A stretch of 40,390 bases of DNA, taken from NCBI GenBank assembly GCA_035063585.1, contig JAPSGB010000040.1, forward strand, positions 1 to 40,390. Reading direction: 5' to 3'. This document shows, piece by piece, positions 29,543-40,390 of the stretch (position 1 is the first letter of the stretch; each line of letters starts with the position of its first letter). Origin of the DNA: Polyangiaceae bacterium. Lineage in GTDB: Bacteria > Myxococcota_A > Polyangia > Polyangiales > Polyangiaceae. Made by a program: the position numbers and the translations under genes. The notes under the pieces were generated by a model that had not been told where the DNA came from, searched no databases, and worked only from the letters and a program-made list of their open reading frames with translations.

Positions 29543-30240
29543 CCGAGGCTCCGCTCGACCTCGCGCACGCGCGCGACGATGCGCGCCACGACCTCGTCGA
29601 CGGTGAGCTCCGAGCTGTCGATGAGGACGGCGTCGTCCGCCTGTCGCAGCGGCGCGACCTCGCGCTCGCTGTCGCGACGATCCCGCTCGCGCACCTCGGC
29701 GCGCACCCGCTCGAGCTCGGCTGGCTCCCCGCGCCGCAGGAGCTCGTCGTACCGCCGCCGGGCGCGCACCTCGAGGCTCGCGGTGAGGAAGAATTTCGCC
29801 TCCGCGTCGGGCAGGACGACGGTGCCGATGTCGCGGCCCTCGAGCACCACGCCGCCCTCGACACCGGCCGCGCGCTGCAGGTCGAGCAGCGCCGCGCGCA
29901 CCGCGGGCATCGCGCTCACCCGGCTCGCGCCCTGGCCGATACCCTCGGCGCGGAGCGCGCGGGAGACGTCCTCGCCGTCGAGGAGCACGCGCTCCGCGCC
30001 CCCCGGCGCGGCCGCGAACCCGAGCGCGTCCCGTGCGGCGAGCTCGCGCGCCAGCGCGCCCACCCCGGCCTCGTCGTCCCACGCGACTCCGCGCCGCTCG
30101 GCCGCGAGCGCGACCGCGCGGTAGAGCGAGCCGGTGCCGACCAGCACGTAGCCGAGCCGATCGGCGACCGCGCGCGTCACGGTGGTCTTGCCGGCGCCCG
30201 CCGGGCCGTCGATGGCGACCGCGGGCCTCGTGCGGCTCAC
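29539..30240 (-). CDS. cmk: Cytidylate kinase
   Basis: AIDGPAGAGKTT, TGSLYRAVA, VLEGRDIGTVVLPDA..KFFLTAS.EVRARRR and RDRRDSEREVAPL. Confidence 0.95.
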   Translation of the reverse strand: MSRTRPAVAIDGPAGAGKTTVTRAVADRLGYVLVGTGSLYRAVALAAERRGVAWDDEAGVGALARELAARDALGFAAAPGGAERVLLDGEDVSRALRAEGIGQGASRVSAMPAVRAALLDLQRAAGVEGGVVLEGRDIGTVVLPDAEAKFFLTASLEVRARRRYDELLRRGEPAELERVRAEVRERDRRDSEREVAPLRQADDAVLIDSSELTVDEVVARIVARVREVERSLG

Positions 30241-31592
30241 GGACGGACCTCGAGCTCGGCGCCGAGCGCGCGGAGCGTACCGACGAAGCGCGGGAAGCTG
30301 GTGCCGATGCAGTCGGCGCCGTCCACGATGGTCTCGCCGTCCGCGACCAGGCCAAGCACCGCGGCGGTCATCGCGAGGCGGTGATCCCCGCCGCTCGAGA
30401 CGCGCGCCGCGCGTAGGCGTCCGTTCGGGCGCCCCTCGACCTGCAGGCCGTCCACCAGTTCGTACGCCTCGACGTCGAAGGCGCGCAGCAGATCGACCAT
30501 GCCCGCGATGCGGTCCGTCTCCTTCACGCGCAGCTCTCGGAGATCGTGGAACTCGGTCTTGCCCGCCGCGCGGGCCGCGAGCGCGCAGGCGATCGGGATC
30601 TCGTCGATGCCCCGGAGCGCGAGCTCACCGCCGACGCTCACGCCTCGGAGCGACGCCGTCTGCGCGGTCACCTCGCCGAACGGCTCGCCCAGGCTGGAGT
30701 CGCCTTTCGGCGTGATCCCGACCACGCCGCCGAAGGCGCGCAGGATGTCGATGATGCCGGCGCGCGAAGGGTTCAACCCGGTGTTCCGCGTCGTCACGAC
30801 ACTCCCCTCCACCAAGGTCGCCGCGACCAGGAGGAAGGCGGCCGCCGAGAGGTCGCCGGGCAGCTCGACGTCGAACGGACGGATGGCGTCGGGCGACGCC
30901 GGCGGATGCAGGCTCACCATCGGGCCCATCGCCTCGATCGGCATCCCGAGCGCGTCGAGCATCCGCTCGGTGTGATCGCGGCTGAGGAGCGGCTCGCGCA
31001 CCATGGTCGGCCCGCTCGCGAAGAGCCCCGACAGCAGCAGCGCGCTCTTCACCTGCGCGCTCGCGGTCTCCAGGTTCGCCTCGATGGGCAGGAGCCGCTC
31101 GTCGCGCGGCAGCGGGGAGATGACGAGCGGCGCGGTGACGTCGCCCTCGAGGGTCGGGTGCGGCGCACCCTCGATGAGCGCCCCGCGCGCGCGGAGCGGG
31201 TCGACCACCCGCGCCATCGGACGGCGCGAGAGCGAGGCGTCTCCGGTGAGCCGCGAGAGGAAGCGCTGCGCCGAGAGCACGCCCGACAGCAGACGCATGG
31301 TGGTGCCCGAATTTCCGCAGTAAAGCGCTTGTTTCGGCGCGCGGAGCCCGGCGAGCGTCACGCCGTGCACGCTGAGCGTGCCGCGATGATCGTCTTGGCA
31401 CTCGACGCCGAGCGACTCGAAGGCGCGGAGCGTCGCGACGTTGTCCTCAGCGTACGAGAAGCCGCGGAGCTCGCAGACACCGGCCGAGAGCGCCGCGAAG
31501 ATGAGGGCGCGGTGCGCGATGCTCTTGTCAGAGGGGAGCGGCACGCTGCCGGTGAGCGCGCGGGACACAGGCTTCACGACGAGCCGCGCCAT
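30237..31592 (-). CDS. aroA: 3-phosphoshikimate 1-carboxyvinyltransferase (class II EPSP synthase)
   Basis: DKSIAHR, GNSGTTMRL, RRPM, SAQVKSA, SRDHTERM, IDEIP, ELRVKETDRI and DHRLAM. Confidence 0.96.
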   Translation of the reverse strand: MARLVVKPVSRALTGSVPLPSDKSIAHRALIFAALSAGVCELRGFSYAEDNVATLRAFESLGVECQDDHRGTLSVHGVTLAGLRAPKQALYCGNSGTTMRLLSGVLSAQRFLSRLTGDASLSRRPMARVVDPLRARGALIEGAPHPTLEGDVTAPLVISPLPRDERLLPIEANLETASAQVKSALLLSGLFASGPTMVREPLLSRDHTERMLDALGMPIEAMGPMVSLHPPASPDAIRPFDVELPGDLSAAAFLLVAATLVEGSVVTTRNTGLNPSRAGIIDILRAFGGVVGITPKGDSSLGEPFGEVTAQTASLRGVSVGGELALRGIDEIPIACALAARAAGKTEFHDLRELRVKETDRIAGMVDLLRAFDVEAYELVDGLQVEGRPNGRLRAARVSSGGDHRLAMTAAVLGLVADGETIVDGADCIGTSFPRFVGTLRALGAELEVRP

Positions 31593-31595
31593 CGA

Positions 31596-32627
31596 CTACT
31601 CTCCTACGCTCGGCGTGGTGGTCGCGTCGATGTACTTGGGCTGAAACGGCACGCCGAGGTAAGCGGAGGCCTTGTCGATGAGCGAGTCGAGCGCCCGCCC
31701 GTCGAGCTCCGCGACGAATTGGGCGTCCGAGCCCTGCGCGCGGGCGTCGAGCTTCTGGAAGGGCTGGCTCACGCCGAGTAGGCTCATGAGAAAACCGTAG
31801 GTCTTCAGCAGCTCGCGCAGCGCGGTCACGTTGGCGGCCCCCGCCTGGGCTGCGGTCTCCGACTCGTAGCTCAGCGTCCCGGCGACGTTCATTCCAGGCG
31901 GCTGGAAGTTGCCGAGCATGCGCGCCGTCTCGAGCCCCTGGAGGAACGGCAGCTGCTCTCGCGCAGATTCGGTGAGCGGCTGACCCCGCAGGTTGAACCC
32001 GAGCACGAGCGGCACGTTCGGGGTCTTGAGTAACGCCTCCATCCAGCCCGGGACGCGGCGGCTCACGCGCCCTTCCTTGATGCGATCGAGCGCGCGGCGG
32101 ATCCCGGTCTCGTCTCCGAGCAGCACCGTGCGCGGCGTGAGCACCACGAAGCCGAGGTTTCGCGCCGTATAGAGCTTGCGCCCCGCGTACGAGCTCGCCA
32201 CCACCGGCGCGCCGAGCGGCGTGCCCTCGGTCGACCCGGCGGCCTGCTCGATGGCCGCCGGGTCGAACTTCCCGGTCGCGATCACCACCACGTTGGCGCC
32301 GCTCATCGAGTAGACGCCGACCGCGAGGCTCGTGAGGTCGCGCTTCGGGTCGAAGCCCGCCGAGGGCGGGAGCGGCGTGTGGCTCTCTAGCACCCCGAGG
32401 AGCTTCTGACCAAACTGCGAGGCGTAGACCGCCTGCAGATCCACCACCGCCAGTCCGAACGCCCCGCCCGGCAAGAGCGCCAGCGGATCGCGGTCGATCT
32501 GCTCGGCGGCGAGCTCCTTGCCGGCGCCGGTCGGCGTCACCACCTCCTCGGGGTGGGGACACCCGGTGACCGCGAGCCCGGCGAGCGCGACGCCGAGGAC
32601 CCTCGGAGCGCGCGCGAGCCACCTCAT
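31596..32627 (-). CDS. Hypothetical lipoprotein
   Basis: Signal peptide ending in LAVTGC. Its ATG overlaps the hisC stop (ATGA), and there is a 3-nt gap to aroA. Confidence 0.8.
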   Translation of the reverse strand: MRWLARAPRVLGVALAGLAVTGCPHPEEVVTPTGAGKELAAEQIDRDPLALLPGGAFGLAVVDLQAVYASQFGQKLLGVLESHTPLPPSAGFDPKRDLTSLAVGVYSMSGANVVVIATGKFDPAAIEQAAGSTEGTPLGAPVVASSYAGRKLYTARNLGFVVLTPRTVLLGDETGIRRALDRIKEGRVSRRVPGWMEALLKTPNVPLVLGFNLRGQPLTESAREQLPFLQGLETARMLGNFQPPGMNVAGTLSYESETAAQAGAANVTALRELLKTYGFLMSLLGVSQPFQKLDARAQGSDAQFVAELDGRALDSLIDKASAYLGVPFQPKYIDATTTPSVGE

Positions 32628-33706
32628 CGGAGCACCTGCGCGAGCGCCGCGAGCAGCCGGTCGTTCTCATCCGGGCGCCCGACGGTGATGCGCGCAGAGG
32701 TCACGAGCGGTCCGAGCGGGCGGATGATGACGCCGAGCCGGAGGAGCGCGTCGTAGATTTCGCGCGCGTCGCGCGCGAAATCCACGAAGAGGAAGTTCGT
32801 CTGGCTCGGCACCACGCGCACCCCGGCGAATCGCCCGAGCGCCTCGAACAGCCGCGCGCGCTCGCGCGCGTTCACCTCTCGGCTCCTCGTGACGTGCTCG
32901 ACGTCCTCGAGGGCGGCCATCGCCGCCACTTGACCGATCGAGTTCACGTTGAACGGAGCGCGCACCCGGTTCATGTAGCCGAGGAGCTCGGCCGACCCCA
33001 CCGCGTAACCCACCCGTAGGCCGGCGAGCCCGTAGATCTTCGAGAACGTGCGGAGCGAGATGAGCCGCTCGTGGAGCGCCCTGAGCTCGAGCCCTCCCAC
33101 GTAGTCCGCCGCGTCCGCGTACTCGAGGTAGGCCTCGTCCATCACCACGATGACCTCGCTCGGGAGCCGTCGGAACAGCCGCTCGAGCGACGCGCGTCCG
33201 ACGTAGGTGCCGGTCGGGTTGTTCGGGTTGGCGACGATGAGGAGCTTGGTCCGCTCGGTGACGGCCTCGGCCATCGCGTCGAGATCGTGGGTCTCGTTGC
33301 GGAGCGGGACGGCCGTGAACGGCGTGCCGTGCGCCACCGCCGCGAGCCGGTACACGACGAACGACGGCTCGGCGAAGACCAGGTGGTCGGCGGTCGTCGT
33401 GAAGGTGCGGATGACGAGCTCGATGAGCTCGTTCGATCCGTTCCCCGGCAGCACCTCGTTCATCCCGACGCGGTGATGCGCCGCCAGCTTCTCGCGCAAG
33501 CGGTAGGTCGCGGCGTCCGGGTAGCGGTTCGCTTCGGTGAGCGCGGCGCGCGCCGCCTCGACGGCCCGCGGGCTCGGGCCGAGCGGGTTCTCGTTCGACG
33601 CGAGCTTCACCGCGTCGGTGACCCCGAGCTCGCGCGCGAGCTCCTCGATGGGTTTGCCTGCCTCGTAGGGACGAAGCGACTCGATTCCGGGCGTGACCAA
33701 GGGCAT
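32624..33706 (-). CDS. hisC: Histidinol-phosphate/aromatic aminotransferase
   Basis: YEAGKPIEEL, KLASNENPLGPSP, RYPD, GNGSNELI, NPNNPTG, DEAY and RTFSKIYGLAGLRVGY. Confidence 0.95.
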   Translation of the reverse strand: MPLVTPGIESLRPYEAGKPIEELARELGVTDAVKLASNENPLGPSPRAVEAARAALTEANRYPDAATYRLREKLAAHHRVGMNEVLPGNGSNELIELVIRTFTTTADHLVFAEPSFVVYRLAAVAHGTPFTAVPLRNETHDLDAMAEAVTERTKLLIVANPNNPTGTYVGRASLERLFRRLPSEVIVVMDEAYLEYADAADYVGGLELRALHERLISLRTFSKIYGLAGLRVGYAVGSAELLGYMNRVRAPFNVNSIGQVAAMAALEDVEHVTRSREVNARERARLFEALGRFAGVRVVPSQTNFLFVDFARDAREIYDALLRLGVIIRPLGPLVTSARITVGRPDENDRLLAALAQVLR

Positions 33707-33776
33707 GAGGCCCGAAGCCTAGATGACGACGCCCGGCCCCGCTACCTCCGCGCGCTCGCGCGAGCGCCGGAGCCGC

Positions 33777-34850
33777 CTAGCTCATCGACTGGAACGAGCC
33801 GAGCACCCGCAGGTACTTGGTCGAGCGCTTGACCGCCTCGAGCGCGGTCACCACCGGACGGTCCGTCACGTGGCCGCTCACCTCTACGTAAAAGACGTAG
33901 TCCCAGCCCTCGCCCCGGGCCGGCCGGCTCTGGAGCTTCTTCATGTTGACGCCCCGCTCGGCGAAATGGCGGAGGACCTCGAACAGCGACCCCGGCGCGT
34001 CGTCCACGCTGAAGAGCAGGCAGGTGGCGTCCCGCCCCGACCGCGGCGCGGGGCGCGCGCTGGCGATGGCGTAGCGGCAGCGGAGATCGGGCACGTCGCC
34101 GATGTTTTGCCGAATGGTGACGAGGCCGAGCGCGCGCCCGGTAGCCTCCGGCACGATCGCGGCCGCCCCGTGGTCGTCGTGGGTGAGCTCGGCCGCAAAC
34201 CTCGGCGAGCGGACGTCGAGGACGTCCGCTCGCGGGAGCTCTCGCTCGAGGAAACGCTCGCACGCGGCGTGTCCGGCTGCCGTCGCGTAGATCTTCTCGA
34301 CGTCCGCGAGGTTGCCGGTGCGGCTCATCAGATCGCTCGTCACCGCGGCGACGCGCTCGGCCACGATGACGAGCTCGGTGGCGGCGAGCGCCGTGATCGA
34401 GGACTGAATCAAGCCGTCCGTCGACGACTCGTACGGGAAGACGGCGTGCGTCGCGCGGGTACGGACCACCTCGTCGAGCACGTCGGCCGGCGTCGGGCTC
34501 TCGACGTAGGTCGCGCCCACGCCGAACTGCGCCTGGGCCGTGAGGTGCGTGAGCCCTCCCTCGGGCCCGAGGTAGGCGACTCGGACCGGCTGCGCCATCG
34601 CCCGCGACTCGGCGCGGACCGCGGAGAGCACGTGCCGCAAGCTCGCCTCGGGGAACGCGCCGCTCGAGCGCGCCACCAAGGCTGCGAGCCAGCTCGCCTC
34701 TTCGACGTCGACGCCCGGCGCCTCTCCTTCGAGGAGCGCGCGGAGCTCGTGCGACAGGGCCGCGCGCGCGTCGAGCTGCTCCACCAGCGCGCGATCGCTC
34801 TCGGCGAGCTTCTCGCGAAGCTCTGCGAGCTGGCGCTTCCGATCTGGCAT
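33777..34850 (-). CDS. pheA: PheA-like chorismate mutase/prephenate dehydratase-ACT protein with degenerate catalytic motifs
   Basis: CM-PDT-ACT architecture, VAYLGPEG, the ACT segment PGSLFEVLRHFAERGVNMKKLQSRP..WDYVFYVE.SGH...VLGSF, and the position upstream of hisC. Confidence 0.8.
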   Translation of the reverse strand: MPDRKRQLAELREKLAESDRALVEQLDARAALSHELRALLEGEAPGVDVEEASWLAALVARSSGAFPEASLRHVLSAVRAESRAMAQPVRVAYLGPEGGLTHLTAQAQFGVGATYVESPTPADVLDEVVRTRATHAVFPYESSTDGLIQSSITALAATELVIVAERVAAVTSDLMSRTGNLADVEKIYATAAGHAACERFLERELPRADVLDVRSPRFAAELTHDDHGAAAIVPEATGRALGLVTIRQNIGDVPDLRCRYAIASARPAPRSGRDATCLLFSVDDAPGSLFEVLRHFAERGVNMKKLQSRPARGEGWDYVFYVEVSGHVTDRPVVTALEAVKRSTKYLRVLGSFQSMS

Positions 34851-34925
34851 GTCTGTCTTTGCTTGGCTGGTGCTGCGGGCCTGGCGAGCCGTGAGTCGGC
34901 CGCCCTCGCGCCGCCCCGGCGCGAC

Positions 34926-35279
34926 TCAGGCCGAGGCGTGCTTTGCCTTGCTCTTCGGCTTCTCCGGCTTCGTGCTGGCCGACTCCGACTTCGCCGGCGT
35001 GGCGGCCTCGGCGGTCGGCGCCGGACTCGCGGGCTCACTCGGGTCACCCGGCTTGGCGGGCTGCGAGAAGTGCCCCTCGGTGGCAGGGCCGCCGTGCTTC
35101 GAGCCGTAGCCGTCTGCGTACCAGCCACCACCCTTCAGGATGAACCCGCCCCCGAGCGAGATCTGGCGCTTGGCGGCGTGCTTCGCGCACTTCGGGCACT
35201 TCTTCAGGGGGGCGGCGCTGATCGACTGCTCTGCTTCCCAGTGGTGATTACAGGCAGAGCAGACATACTCGTAGGTCAT
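34926..35279 (-). CDS. FmdB-family zinc-ribbon protein
   Basis: MTYEYVCSAC...E..QSIS..PLKKCPKC....KRQIS.GGGFILKGGGWYADGY, followed by a low-complexity tail. Confidence 0.9.
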   Translation of the reverse strand: MTYEYVCSACNHHWEAEQSISAAPLKKCPKCAKHAAKRQISLGGGFILKGGGWYADGYGSKHGGPATEGHFSQPAKPGDPSEPASPAPTAEAATPAKSESASTKPEKPKSKAKHASA

Positions 35280-35652
35280 CGTTTCGCTACTCCGGTCGCC
35301 CAGTGGAATTGAGGCTATCGGCGCTTCCTGTCAATGACCATGCGGCCTGAACCGCGCCCCTCATCGCGCACTTCCGCTCGCTCGAGCCGGGCCGACCGGC
35401 CTCTTGGCCGGTATCTCTTGGGGGTCGGCGCGGCGCGGAAAAAAGGTGTTCGTGAGCGTGAAGTTCCCTTGTAAGCCTTCGTTCAGCGGTGTACGAGTGT
35501 CTAGTGATGAGACGTCACCATACATGACGTGTGGTGACCTTGCGTATTCCGCGTAGTGGGCGAGAGAGGGCCACTCCGGCGGTCGCCCTGCGAGGTTGGG
35601 CAGGCGGCGCTAGAGCATCGGGCACGCGCCCAGGTGACTGAGGACGACCGAG

Positions 35653-39291
<3,639 letters not shown>

Positions 39292-39494
39292 GCGCCTGAG
39301 CGCCGCTCGGGCTCGCTGGGCTCACGGGCCGAAGACGCGACGTGGCGCCCGAGCGCGCGAGCGACAAGTGCGTGAGATTGGCCCGCTTTGCCGCCCGGCC
39401 TCGCGGCTCGTACCACGCGCGGGGACGCGCGACGCGTCGGGGCCGCGACGAACCTGGCGCTCCATCGCGCGAGTTCGGGTATGGTCCGGGAGAC

Positions 39495-40390
39495 ATGACT
39501 CGACGACTCATCTCACTGGGAAATGCTCTTGGCCTCTCGCTCTGCGCGGTCAGCGTCGCCGGGCTCTTCGGCTGCTCTGCCGAGACGCCGGAGTCCACCG
39601 CGACGCGCGCCCAGGCGCTCTCCTCGGGCGTCGTCATCGCGGAGGTCTATCCGGGCGGCGGGAACAGTGGCGCGACCTACAAGAACGACTTCGTCGTGCT
39701 CTTCAACCGCGGCTCGGCGAGCGTGTCGCTCGATGGCCTCTACCTCCAATACGCATCGGAGACCGGGAGCTTTGTCACGGGCTCCTCATGGGCGCTCGAC
39801 AACGTCACGCTCGCGCCCGGTGAGTACTATTTGGTCCTCGGAAAGGGGGGTAACACTGGCGCCGCGCTCCCGCTCACGGCAGATCAGACCATCGTGAACC
39901 TGGGGATGGGGGCCGACGGCGGAAAGGTCGCGCTGACGACGGTTCGGCTCGAAAACTGCGGAGGAAGCCGGACCGGCCGGTGCGACACGACGAACGTGGT
40001 CGACCTCATCGGCTATGGGAGTGGCGCCACTGACTTCGAGGGCAGCCCCGCGTCCAAGAAGGCGTCAACGAACGACGAGGCGCTCCAGCGCGGCCGCGGC
40101 GGTTGCACCGAGACCGACGACAACTCGAAGGACTTCTCCGGTGGGACCCCGACGCCGCGAAGCACGAGCACCACGCTCGCCCCCTGCGGCTCCACCGGCG
40201 GCGGCGGTGCCGGCGGCGCGTCGGGCAGCGGCGGCGCGTCGGGCAGCGGCGGCACGTCGGGCAGCGGCGGTGCGTCGGGCAGCGGCGGCGCGTCGGGCAG
40301 CGGCGGCGCGTCGGGCAGCGGCGGCGCGTCGGGCAGCGGCGGCGCGTCGGGCAGCGGCGGCGCGTCGGGCAGCGGCGGCGCGTCGGGCAG
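39495..40390 (+). CDS. Secreted lamin-tail-domain (LTD) lipoprotein with Gly/Ser linker; 3'-partial, absent from the ORF track
   Basis: Hand translation from ATG 39495 (GGGAGA SD): MTRRLIS...GLFGC (lipobox), VVIAEVYPGGGNSGATYKNDFVVLFNRG, LQYAS, LAPGEYYLV, GGKVAL, VDLIGYG, TDDNSKDF, then (GGASGS)n to the window end with no stop. Confidence 0.85.
   Translation, partial: MTRRLISLGNALGLSLCAVSVAGLFGCSAETPESTATRAQALSSGVVIAEVYPGGGNSGATYKNDFVVLFNRGSASVSLDGLYLQYASETGSFVTGSSWALDNVTLAPGEYYLVLGKGGNTGAALPLTADQTIVNLGMGADGGKVALTTVRLENCGGSRTGRCDTTNVVDLIGYGSGATDFEGSPASKKASTNDEALQRGRGGCTETDDNSKDFSGGTPTPRSTSTTLAPCGSTGGGGAGGASGSGGASGSGGTSGSGGASGSGGASGSGGASGSGGASGSGGASGSGGASGSGGASG
40212..40390 (+). repeat. 18-bp coding tandem repeat GGCGGCGCGTCGGGCAGC (GGASGS), 9 full copies plus 17 nt, truncated by the window end
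   Basis: Read directly; copies 3 and 4 carry single substitutions. Confidence 0.97.

Noticed and set aside
28643..30355. 570-aa ORF overlapping cmk
   Set aside because: Only the part from GTG 29542 (signal peptide and lipobox) is credible; the upstream portion is an off-frame shadow of cmk.
35471..35487. GTAAGCCTTCGTTCAGC as a myxobacterial LexA box upstream of smc
   Set aside because: Only the GTTCAG half matches, the left half is poor, and no similar box precedes uvrA.
39304..39355. GC-rich inverted repeat after smc, and the hairpin at 7164..7180, as intrinsic terminators
   Set aside because: Neither has a U-tract, and short GC hairpins arise by chance at this base composition.

Overview
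Very GC-rich core-chromosome segment that looks myxobacterial (Polyangiaceae/Sorangium-like). That assignment is inferred from the Gly-rich linker lipoproteins, the eukaryotic-like kinase and PP2C, and the FGE-domain and lamin-tail proteins. Both window ends fall inside Gly-rich coding tandem repeats. Housekeeping genes include ddl, rpsA, uvrA, smc, a pheA-hisC-X-aroA-cmk-Y operon and tRNA-Glu(TTC). The main oddities are: (1) an orphan non-flagellar type III export-gate gene (sctV-like), apparently missing its SD2 subdomain, co-transcribed with a FIST sensor gene and divergent from a PP2C phosphatase; (2) a ~1.26 kb relic island at the tRNA-Glu 3' end, bounded by perfect 21-bp direct repeats and holding only higBA plus the tail of a recombinase-like gene that reads across the att site; (3) a full-length PheA whose catalytic motifs are eroded while the ACT domain is kept, in an operon where the usual tyrA position holds an unknown lipoprotein; (4) many genes with a -10-like hexamer 6-10 nt before the start codon and no SD, suggesting widespread leaderless mRNAs. 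All calls are by eye from motifs; no database searches were run.
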